DNA of 64,000 bases from an uncultured Clostridia bacterium (GTDB lineage: Bacteria; Bacillota; Clostridia; Christensenellales; UBA1242). The notes beneath the pieces were generated by a model. That model was not told the origin of the DNA. It made no database searches and saw nothing but the letters and a program-made list of their open reading frames with translations. Each line of letters starts with the position of its first letter. The first letter of the stretch is position 1. The translations under genes and the position numbers were made by a program. Positions 56,336-64,000 of the stretch are shown here, piece by piece. Location: contig CALWRJ010000023.1 of NCBI GenBank assembly GCA_944383915.1, positions 10,274 to 74,273 on the forward strand. The letters are read 5' to 3'.

Positions 56336-57202
56336 TTAGAGAAATTTTTTAAAAGTCTTAATTACTTCGTTTTGCTCATCGGTCAAACTGTAACTGTTTC
56401 CCATACTCTCTAACTTTTTAGAAAAATACTCAAGTTCGGCTTTGTCGGCTGGCTTAATAATAGTATCGTACACAACTTTCAACTTCGCCATACGCTCAGT
56501 TTTATCTCCAATCTTTAAAGCACTGCGAATATCTTTAACAGCCGTCATAAAGTGGTTTTTATATTCGTCATTATTACCATTTAAAACATTTTGTGCAGAA
56601 TTTGCGCCTTCACTCTTGAAATTAGACTTGCTCGTTTGCTCGTTAGCGTTGTTAAGTTGTGGTGCGCTATTTAAATTTGAATTTTCAATATTTAAATTAT
56701 TTTGTGCGTTTTGCAGTGCGTCACTGTTTATAGTAGTGCCATTTGCATTGTTTTGCGCTTGCATTTTTGCCATTTTCTTGACATTAAGTTTGAATGATAC
56801 AAAGTAAATCACAACACCGATTATCGCAAATACCACATTAAGAAGCGAATCTCTTAAAAATGCATTTTGCATTTCATTATCATTACTTAGCATATCTATA
56901 AAAATATCAAACGCTTCATTAAATGAATAGCCATAATAATTACCAACTATAAAACCGGCAGATATTAAAAACGCAACTTCACTTAACGCGATTGTCCAAA
57001 ACAGCACCCAAACGAACGATAGCCAATTCACTTTATAAAACTTTTGATAAATATAAAACGAAAGCCCAGCAATCGCTATTGAAATCCAAGCAGATATAAA
57101 GTTAGCATAATAAATTAGCCCCGAAATGACCGCACCAACCAAGCAAACAACAAAACTTAACACTAGCGCAAGCCAAATAGAGTTACGCTTAACTTTTTCC
57201 AT
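56336..57202 (-). CDS. hypothetical membrane protein (288 aa)
   Basis: Four predicted N-terminal TM helices, an N/Q-rich linker and a soluble C-terminal domain. A terminator lies downstream. Confidence 0.5.
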   Translation of the reverse strand: MEKVKRNSIWLALVLSFVVCLVGAVISGLIYYANFISAWISIAIAGLSFYIYQKFYKVNWLSFVWVLFWTIALSEVAFLISAGFIVGNYYGYSFNEAFDIFIDMLSNDNEMQNAFLRDSLLNVVFAIIGVVIYFVSFKLNVKKMAKMQAQNNANGTTINSDALQNAQNNLNIENSNLNSAPQLNNANEQTSKSNFKSEGANSAQNVLNGNNDEYKNHFMTAVKDIRSALKIGDKTERMAKLKVVYDTIIKPADKAELEYFSKKLESMGNSYSLTDEQNEVIKTFKKFL

Positions 57203-57287
57203 AAACTTTCCTACCTTTTTAAAGTATAATAAGATTATATCTTAATTATTATATTATGTCAATTTGAATGCTATGTGATTTCAACTT

Positions 57288-57707
57288 TTAAAGCAACAAA
57301 TCGTCAATATAGCAGTTTAAATATTTTGCAATTTCAAGTAGGTTCGCAACACTCGGCACAACGCCCTTTTTCCACCTTAAAATATTATCTGGCGAATAAT
57401 TTAAATCTCGGCAAAATTTCCTAAACGATATATTTTTATTTTTTATAAAAGTTGATAAATTATGATAAAAAATTTCGCTATCGAACGAATAATTGCCCGA
57501 AAAGTCGTTTTCGTCCTTTAAATTAAACAAATAATCAATCGAAACTTTTAAATAATTCGCAATTTTTATTACAGAATTAAGGCTTGGATACCTTTGCTTA
57601 TATTTATAAAAGGTATTTTTTGAAATTACATTATCAATAAATAAATTTTCCGTACTTTTATTTTGCTCGGCTAAAATATTTTTAACTAACTCCGAAAAAG
57701 TAATCAT
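57288..57707 (-). CDS. XRE-family transcriptional regulator with two tandem HTH domains (139 aa)
   Basis: Two HTH_XRE-like segments (SLNSVIKIANYLKVSIDYLF and SVANLLEIAKYLNCYIDDLL). AGGGGAAAA RBS. A TGCATACTAC site lies about 55-65 nt upstream of the start. Confidence 0.65.
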   Translation of the reverse strand: MITFSELVKNILAEQNKSTENLFIDNVISKNTFYKYKQRYPSLNSVIKIANYLKVSIDYLFNLKDENDFSGNYSFDSEIFYHNLSTFIKNKNISFRKFCRDLNYSPDNILRWKKGVVPSVANLLEIAKYLNCYIDDLLL

Positions 57708-57760
57708 TTTTCCCCTAAAAAATTAATAATTAAATTGCTTTATTGTGCTTTAAATACTTT

Positions 57761-57770
57761 TGCATACTAC
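57761..57770 (+). promoter_or_regulatory. single TGCATACTAC site upstream of the XRE regulator gene
   Basis: Located about 55-65 nt upstream of the ATG at 57707, next to a direct repeat (TTAGGTA) read on the minus strand. Confidence 0.5.
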
Positions 57771-58050
57771 CTAATTAGGATACCTAATACACTTTAAAAA
57801 ATCAAGCAAACTACCAAATAAACGCGAAATTCCCTGTAATATAATGTATTTTTAGGCGAATTTTATATAATTAATTTGATTTTTTTATAATTTATTGTTA
57901 TAATTAAAATTGTTATTAAATTAAGAGTTTTTAATATATTATTTAAAAAGCGCTAATTTGCTAGTTAACTTCCCTTTTGCGACTAAATTCTAAAATGATT
58001 ATCGAAATATTGTTTTATTTTTAATAAATTTAATAAAGAAGGAAAAAGTT

Positions 58051-59340
58051 ATGTATAAAATTGTGCCTGTTACAAACAAAAAATTATTGCGCAAGTTTGT
58101 GAATTTCCCCGTAAAATTGTACAAGGACTGCCCATATTATGTGCCTGCGCTTTACGATGACGAACTAAAAGCGCTCGACCCGATAAAAAGTGTTCACCAA
58201 GGCGAATACGCGACCGCGCAGTGTTTTTTGTGCTATAAAGACGGCGAAATTGTGGCGCGCGCGTGCGGAATTATTAGCAATCTTTATAATGAAAAAAACA
58301 ACGCAAAGCGCGTCCGCATCAGCCGTTTTGATACAATTAACGACCTTGAAGCCGCAAAGGCTGTGCTAACCGCTGTTGAAAATTGGGGGCGCGAAAAAGG
58401 AATGGAAATTATCCACGGGCCGTTAGGTTTTAACGACCTCGAGCGCGAGGGAATGCTTGTAGAAGGCTTTGATAAAATTTCCACTTTTGAAACGAACTAC
58501 AACTTCCCCTACTACCAAGAATTAATTGAAAAATTAGGCTACACAAAAGAAGTGGACTGGCTCGAATTTCAAATGTCCGTTCCCGAAAAGTGCGATGAGC
58601 GCAACGCTCGCCTTGCCGAAGTCGTTTCAAAACGTTTAGGTATTCACGAACTCGAAATAAAAAGTATAGGCTGGCTTCTTAAAAATTATTATGACAAGAT
58701 TTTCGACCTTTTAGACGAAGCGTACGGCGTGCTTTACGGTACAATTCCCATTACTATGCGCGTCCGCCAAAGCCTAGTTTCGCAATTTAAAATGGTGCTA
58801 AATAAAAATCTAATTAGCGTGCTTGTAGACAAAGACGACAGAGTCGTTGGCTTTGGGCTAATATTCCCCAGCATCGCAAAAGGCGTGCAAAAGGCGAAAG
58901 GCCGTCTATTCCCGTTCGGCTGGATACCTGTGCTTCGCTCTATTAAAAAATACGAAAATGTAGACTTCGCGCTAATCGGCGTGCGCCAAGACTACCAAGA
59001 CAAAGGCATTACTTCGATTATTTTCCATAATGTGTTACAGCGCTTCATTGACCACGGTGTAAAAATGGCGGAAACTAACCCACAGTTAGAGGAAAACGAA
59101 AAAGTCCAGCAGTTGTTCACAATATACAACCCAACACAAGTGCGCAGGCGTAGGTGTTATGTGAAAAGTTTAACAGGTAAAGAATTAACTCTTGCTAAAC
59201 CAATAAACAAAAACGCAAAGAAACTTAAAAAAGCACCAAGCACCGAACCCCACAAAAAAACACATAGACTAACATCAAAAATTGCCACAAGACACAAACG
59301 CAAAGTAAACGCCAAAATCAACAAACCATTAGTAGAATAA
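58051..59340 (+). CDS. GNAT-like N-acyltransferase family protein with a basic C-terminal tail (429 aa)
   Basis: The N-terminal pattern LRKFVNFPVKLYKDCPYYVPALYDDELKALDP and later GPLGFNDLEREGMLVEGFD match a widespread uncharacterised GNAT-like family (recall). Confidence 0.5.
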   Translation: MYKIVPVTNKKLLRKFVNFPVKLYKDCPYYVPALYDDELKALDPIKSVHQGEYATAQCFLCYKDGEIVARACGIISNLYNEKNNAKRVRISRFDTINDLEAAKAVLTAVENWGREKGMEIIHGPLGFNDLEREGMLVEGFDKISTFETNYNFPYYQELIEKLGYTKEVDWLEFQMSVPEKCDERNARLAEVVSKRLGIHELEIKSIGWLLKNYYDKIFDLLDEAYGVLYGTIPITMRVRQSLVSQFKMVLNKNLISVLVDKDDRVVGFGLIFPSIAKGVQKAKGRLFPFGWIPVLRSIKKYENVDFALIGVRQDYQDKGITSIIFHNVLQRFIDHGVKMAETNPQLEENEKVQQLFTIYNPTQVRRRRCYVKSLTGKELTLAKPINKNAKKLKKAPSTEPHKKTHRLTSKIATRHKRKVNAKINKPLVE

Positions 59341-59343
59341 AAA

Positions 59344-59372
59344 AGCATTTCAAAAATCGAAATGCTTTTTTT
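59344..59372. terminator. bidirectional terminator between convergent genes
   Basis: AGCATTTC-(loop)-GAAATGCT, flanked by an A-run and a T-run. Confidence 0.65.
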
Positions 59373-59401
59373 AATAAAATCTATCCAAGTCAAAGTCTGT
59401 G

Positions 59402-60412
59402 TTATAATGTGTGTGTTTCTCGGGAATTCTCGTTAGCACCGCGGAGTTCCATACTTTCGATAACATCTTTCATAGTTTCGGGAGTATAGAGTGGCTCAAA
59501 AATATCTTTATCGTAATTTATCTTAGAATTGCAAACCGCAAAGCCGAGCGCATAAGCACCACAGCGCGAGAAAACTTCGGCGCGATAGTTATTTTGCGAC
59601 CAATCAGGTTCGAGCAAGAAGGAGCGAATATCGTGGTCAGGCAAAATTTCGTCATCCATATTGCGATATTCGTCATCATATGATTCGTCTCTATCTTTAA
59701 AAAACCTGCGGTCGTTGATTTTATCGGCGTAAAGGTTTAGGGTATTGTCTTTTATAACTAACTCTCCGCACTTTAAATCACAAGGCTCGTCTTTTGTTTT
59801 ATGCGTCAATTTTCTGTACTCGGCTTCGTAAAATCTGCCGAAAAAGTTATCTTTAAAAGTTTTTAGCGCAAAAGTAGTTGGAAGTTTTGAAACATTTTTT
59901 GGCGCGTATGCAAGGTGGAAAATTTGCCCTAGAATTTTTTGCGTTTCCTCTTGGCTGTATCCGTAAATATCCATGGTTTTAGATAAATCATCAATTAAAT
60001 TATAGACAAACTTACTTCCATAACTAAACGAAAACAAGTTAACATTTCGCATATTTTTTATTGCCTGATTCGTTGAAATGCGCTCGCCCTGTCTAACAAC
60101 TAACGGCAAAAATAAGTGCTTGTTTATTGTTTTTATATCGAGCGATGGCATTTTCGCAATGTCTGTATTTTCATCGTGATTATACGAAATTGAATAAATA
60201 TCTAAATAATTATCCTCTGGTGTTAAATTTAGCAAACGCTCGGCAGTCTTTGCCATAAAGTTTGCATACCTATCAATAACCGTGTTGTTTCCCCCAAAAC
60301 ATAACAACACAGGCTTTTTTGTATCGATATCAGTTAATTCTACGCGCTCCCACCCGACATTGTTTTCGCTAGTTTTAGGAACGCGGTGACCAAAAAACAT
60401 TTCCACTGCCAT
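59402..60412 (-). CDS. hypothetical protein, possible alpha/beta-hydrolase fold (336 aa)
   Basis: Strand-turn LLCFGGNN and a nucleophile-elbow-like SFSYGS, with a later LPDHD. Weak, motif-level only. Confidence 0.4.
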   Translation of the reverse strand: MAVEMFFGHRVPKTSENNVGWERVELTDIDTKKPVLLCFGGNNTVIDRYANFMAKTAERLLNLTPEDNYLDIYSISYNHDENTDIAKMPSLDIKTINKHLFLPLVVRQGERISTNQAIKNMRNVNLFSFSYGSKFVYNLIDDLSKTMDIYGYSQEETQKILGQIFHLAYAPKNVSKLPTTFALKTFKDNFFGRFYEAEYRKLTHKTKDEPCDLKCGELVIKDNTLNLYADKINDRRFFKDRDESYDDEYRNMDDEILPDHDIRSFLLEPDWSQNNYRAEVFSRCGAYALGFAVCNSKINYDKDIFEPLYTPETMKDVIESMELRGANENSRETHTL

Positions 60413-60560
60413 AATTTCACTTCCTTAAATTTAAAAATTAAAGCAGATATTACTATAAAATATATAAGTAAACCGCCTACATAAACAGCGCGTTAATTCT
60501 CTTTATGCATACAATTATACCACAAAAATAGCCACTTGTAAAGGGCTTTATCGCAAATCC

Positions 60561-60789
60561 TTACGCTTCGCCGTTCGGCTTTGCTTAAATTAGTAATTAG
60601 GAATTAGAAATTAAGAATTAAGGCTTAGCGCTTCGCCGTTGGCTCGCTTTAATTTTGAATTAGGAATTAGGAATTTTGAATTAAGGCTGAAATAATCTAA
60701 ATTATATTTTATACCCAGCAATAATTGCTCATTGATAATTGCTAATTGCTAATTCGCGTGCAACGCGTAAGATTGCTAATTTGAGCAAA
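60561..60789. repeat. mosaic intergenic element L16
   Basis: CTTACGCTTCGCCGTTCGGCTTTGCTT plus AATTAGT/AATTAGG arrays. CTTAGCGCTTCGCCGTTGGCTCGCTT plus TTGAATT/AATTAGG arrays. AT linker ending in ACCCAGCA. GCTAATT array. CGCGTGCAACGCG hairpin. Confidence 0.9.
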
Positions 60790-60809
60790 GCGCAAAAGCG
60801 CTTTTGCGC
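60790..60809 (-). terminator. perfect 20-bp palindrome terminator of the pgk-tpiA-gpmI operon
   Basis: GCGCAAAAGCGCTTTTGCGC, 9 nt downstream of the stop at 60818. Confidence 0.7.
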
Positions 60810-60817
60810 GTACGCGT

Positions 60818-61060
60818 TTACATCACCACCGCAAAGAATATTGCAAGGCCAAATAGTATTACGGCGAGTATAAAATACCCCCACTTCATAGGCTTTTTGT
60901 CGTGGTCCTTGCCTTTGTTTATCGAAAGTGCCATAAAAAAGAATGTAAAAAGTAGCAGTGCCAAAATTATAACACCACGAAGCGTGCCGTCCATCGTACG
61001 CACGCCGTTTATTATTGTATTCCACAAAGTCGCCATTAGACTAATCATCATTTTCATCAC
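60818..61060 (-). CDS. possible small two-TM membrane protein (up to 80 aa)
   Basis: ORF overlapping the gpmI stop. Hydrophobic segments VIILALLLFTFFFMAL and YFILAVILFGLAIFFAVV. Followed by a strong palindromic terminator. Start uncertain. Confidence 0.4.
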   Translation of the reverse strand: MMKMMISLMATLWNTIINGVRTMDGTLRGVIILALLLFTFFFMALSINKGKDHDKKPMKWGYFILAVILFGLAIFFAVVM

Positions 61061-62576
61061 CTACCACGATACATTTCCCTGTCATCTCAAGCGGTTGATA
61101 CAAGTCCATTAATTTTAACACGGTAGGCGCAAAAGTGTCAAGCCCGAATTTTCCGCGAGCAAGATTTACTGTTTTATCGGTTATTATAAAGGGAACGGGG
61201 TTAAGAGTGTGAGTCGTACTTGTACCGTTACTTGTGCGCATATCCTCGACATTCCCGTGGTCAGCAGTAATAATGCAGGTGTACCCCGCCATCATAGCCG
61301 AAGTTACTGTTTTTTCGAGAGCCTTATCAAGCGTTTCAAGCGCAAGCACAGCCGCGTCAAAATTGCCCGTATGCCCTACCATATCGCCGTTGCTAAAATT
61401 AATTAGGATAAAATCATAAATCTTTTTAGCGACTTCGGTACTCGCGATATTTGCTATTTCCATAGCGCGCATTTGTGGAAAATCCGCGAAGTTGTCTACA
61501 AACTTACTTTCTACCAAAGTTCGCTTTTCGCCACGATAAGCCTTTTCTACACCACCGTTAAAGTAATAAGTAACGTGCGCGTACTTTGTGGTTTCGGCAA
61601 GTTTTAGTTGCTTGCACCCTACTTTTGATAATCTCTCTGAAAGGGTATTTTTAGGAATATTAGGACCAAATAGATACGGCAAATTCGTTTCATGCTCATC
61701 GTACATACACATAGCCGTTGCACGCACGCGCGGAAAAGACTTGCGGTTAAAGCACAAGAAAGATTTACTTACAAAGGCAGTCGAGATTTGTCTCATTCTG
61801 TCTGGACGGAAGTTAAAGAAAAATATTTCGTCACCGTCTTTCATACCTTCATATCCACCGATTACAAAGGGTGGCATAAATTCATCACTAATGTTTCGTT
61901 CGTAAGTCTTTTTAAAAGCCTCGTAAATACTATTTGTACGCGTGCCGACAGCCGAAACCATTAGGTCAAAGGCAACTTCGGTTCGATTCCAGCGTTCCTC
62001 TCTATCCATCGCATAAAAACGCCCGACAAGTGTCGCGATTTTACCAACACCGAGTTTGCCAAGTTCTGTTTCAATTTCCTCGACAAAGTGACTCCCGCTA
62101 TTTGGCTTTGTGTCCCTACCGTCAGTAAAACAGTGGACGCAAATGTCTTTCACCCCAGCGTGCACCGCAAGACGAAGCAAGTACTTTAAGTGGTCGATAC
62201 TACTATGTACACCACCATTTGAAACAAGCCCCGCAAAGTGTAGAGTCGACTTGTTCGTAATCACCCTTTCAAACATTTCATCAAGCACGGAATTTTTAGC
62301 GAGCGACTCGTCTTTAATTGCATTATTTATGCGCATAAAATCTTGGTAAACGACTCTACCAGCACCAAGATTTATGTGACCTACTTCACTATTCCCCATT
62401 TGCCCTTTTGGAAGCCCGACATACTCTTCACTAGCATAAATTGCTTTGTTAGGAAATTCCGCTAATAATTTATTGAAAAAGGGCATTTTTGCGACTTTCA
62501 TAGGATTGCCTTCCGTCTCATCGCGCAACCCAACACCATCTAAAATAATGCCAACAATTCCGTTTTTGACTTTCAT
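61041..62576 (-). CDS. gpmI: 2,3-bisphosphoglycerate-independent phosphoglycerate mutase
   Basis: 511 aa. Motifs ILDGVG, MGNSEVGH, DGRDT and ADHGN. Follows tpiA. Confidence 0.9.
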   Translation of the reverse strand: MKVKNGIVGIILDGVGLRDETEGNPMKVAKMPFFNKLLAEFPNKAIYASEEYVGLPKGQMGNSEVGHINLGAGRVVYQDFMRINNAIKDESLAKNSVLDEMFERVITNKSTLHFAGLVSNGGVHSSIDHLKYLLRLAVHAGVKDICVHCFTDGRDTKPNSGSHFVEEIETELGKLGVGKIATLVGRFYAMDREERWNRTEVAFDLMVSAVGTRTNSIYEAFKKTYERNISDEFMPPFVIGGYEGMKDGDEIFFFNFRPDRMRQISTAFVSKSFLCFNRKSFPRVRATAMCMYDEHETNLPYLFGPNIPKNTLSERLSKVGCKQLKLAETTKYAHVTYYFNGGVEKAYRGEKRTLVESKFVDNFADFPQMRAMEIANIASTEVAKKIYDFILINFSNGDMVGHTGNFDAAVLALETLDKALEKTVTSAMMAGYTCIITADHGNVEDMRTSNGTSTTHTLNPVPFIITDKTVNLARGKFGLDTFAPTVLKLMDLYQPLEMTGKCIVVGDENDD

Positions 62577-62585
62577 AATCTCCTC

Positions 62586-63311
62586 CTAATATAGACATGA
62601 ACCAATTTGCACAAATTTATCACTATCAAGACTCGCGCCCCCGATTAGCGCTCCGTCAACATTTTCAATATGCAAAATCTCACTTGCGTTCGCGGGATTT
62701 ACACTCCCACCATAAAGTATTGGATAATCAACTTTTAGCGCATTTAACTCATCTTTAATAAACGCGGTCGTGTCTTTTATAATTTCAGCGCTCGCACTTT
62801 TGCCTGTACCAATCGCCCAAACAGGCTCGTAGGCAATAATCATTTCTTTTTTAAGGTCAAGTCCGTCAAGCGCGCTTTTAATTTGCTCGGACAAAACGCT
62901 TTTAGTCTTGTTTGCTTCAAATTCCTCCAAAGTTTCACCGATACAAAGAATAGGAAGCATATCATATTCTTGTAAGCGCTTTAATTTATTATTTACATCG
63001 GCATTGCTTTCATTAAATAAATGCCTGCGTTCGCTATGCCCAACTATGCAAAAGTCTAGCCCAACATCAGCAAGCATTTCAGCAGAAATTTCTCCAGTAT
63101 AAGCCCCGTTTTCGTGGCTCGATACATTCTGCGCGCCGATTAAAAAGTGCCCTTGCAACTTTGACATTCCTAGTAAATATACATACGGAACAGCAAGCCC
63201 AAAAATTACATTGCTATTTTTAGGGAACTTGTATTTTTTAAGCCCACGAGTAAATTCTACAATCTCGCCAGCCGTCTTATTCATTTTCCAATTACCAATA
63301 ATGTACTTCAT
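62586..63311 (-). CDS. tpiA: triosephosphate isomerase
   Basis: Motifs GNWKMN, VGHSERR and AYEPVWAIGTG. Confidence 0.9.
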   Translation of the reverse strand: MKYIIGNWKMNKTAGEIVEFTRGLKKYKFPKNSNVIFGLAVPYVYLLGMSKLQGHFLIGAQNVSSHENGAYTGEISAEMLADVGLDFCIVGHSERRHLFNESNADVNNKLKRLQEYDMLPILCIGETLEEFEANKTKSVLSEQIKSALDGLDLKKEMIIAYEPVWAIGTGKSASAEIIKDTTAFIKDELNALKVDYPILYGGSVNPANASEILHIENVDGALIGGASLDSDKFVQIGSCLY

Positions 63312-63320
63312 AATTTTCTC

Positions 63321-64000
63321 CTATAATTTCTCGCTAATCGCTTGAAGCCCAGGGAGCGCAACGCCTTCCAACAATTTTAGCGCAGCACCGCCCCCTGTCG
63401 AAACGAAATCAATTTTGTTCTGCAAATTCAACTGTTCAATCGCTTTTGCGCTATCACCACCACCAACTATTGTATAAGCCTTCGCGTTTGCAAGCGTCTT
63501 TGCAATTTCATTTGTCCCCGTGGCAAAACGCTGGAACTCGGATACCCCTAAAGGACCATTCCAAAATACCGTTTTAGCCTTGTTTATATAATGTTCAAAT
63601 AGTTTAATCGTCTTTGGACCAATATCCATACCCATACCAGTACGCGGGAATTTTTTAGTGGTTGAAACGACATAATCAGCCGAGAAACTAAACTCACCTG
63701 TTACTATGTGGTCAACAGGCAATACTATTTTTACATTTTGCGTTTTTGCCTTTTCCAAAAGAAGTCTAGCAAGGGTAATTTTATCTTTTTCGATAATCGA
63801 TTTACCTACATTATGCCCTTGCGCACGCAAGAATGTATACGCCATCGCTCCCCCTATTAACACAGCATCTGCTACTTCAATAAGCCTGCTAATAAGCGCG
63901 ATTTTGTCCTTGACTTTTGCCCCACCAATTATTACGACAAAAGGACGCGCTGGGTTCTCTAACGCACCGCCTAAAACAGATAACTCTTTCTCTACAAGCA
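63321..64000 (-). CDS. pgk: phosphoglycerate kinase (C-terminal part; 5' end beyond the window)
   Basis: The reading frame is open to the window edge. C-terminal PGK motifs FWNGPLGV, GGGDS and STGGGAALKLLEG. The ORF track lists only the part from an internal Met. Confidence 0.85.
   Translation of the reverse strand, partial: LVEKELSVLGGALENPARPFVVIIGGAKVKDKIALISRLIEVADAVLIGGAMAYTFLRAQGHNVGKSIIEKDKITLARLLLEKAKTQNVKIVLPVDHIVTGEFSFSADYVVSTTKKFPRTGMGMDIGPKTIKLFEHYINKAKTVFWNGPLGVSEFQRFATGTNEIAKTLANAKAYTIVGGGDSAKAIEQLNLQNKIDFVSTGGGAALKLLEGVALPGLQAISEKL

Overview
64-kb chromosomal window from a low-GC, Firmicutes/Clostridia-like bacterium. Markers for that assignment are YlbJ, a SpoVD-type PBP, DUF4364, TSCPD, Prp-processed L27 and Cheo-type LexA boxes. 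(1) 1-9.1 kb, minus strand: a phage-derived head/packaging module only. It holds TerL, a possible TerS-like ORF, portal, scaffold, two tandem paralogous major capsid genes and one coupled small ORF, and it is bracketed by arrays of a TGCATAGTAC motif. (2) 9-16 kb: two SH3b-type membrane proteins, a sigma-region-4-like protein, and a 1.5-kb non-coding stretch. That stretch carries a 7-box DnaA-box cluster, a LexA-like box, a 58-aa ORF and helically phased iteron-like repeats. (3) 16-64 kb: core genes, mostly on the minus strand. They include the dcw cluster (rsmH, ftsL-like, PBP, murE, mraY, murD, ftsW), a type IIA topoisomerase B/A pair (topo IV-like), murG, fba, gap, ogg, NYN, IMPase, rplU-prp-rpmA and gpmI-tpiA-pgk. 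Two LRR_5 proteins without signal peptides and several unknowns also lie here. The most striking feature is non-coding. From 17 kb onward most of the longer intergenic spacers, including spacers inside the dcw and topoisomerase operons, are filled by modular mosaic repeats. These are built from AATT-core heptamer arrays (AATTAGC / AATTAGG / AATTAGT / AATTCAA) plus GC-rich hairpin cassettes whose stems differ between copies but stay self-complementary. The elements supply the stop codon to two ORFs and a Shine-Dalgarno to two others, and I saw none in the first 17 kb. I recognised no rRNA, tRNA, CRISPR array, integrase or transposase. All homology statements are from motif recall, not searches. 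Coordinates of non-coding features are hand-counted and may be off by 1-2 nt.
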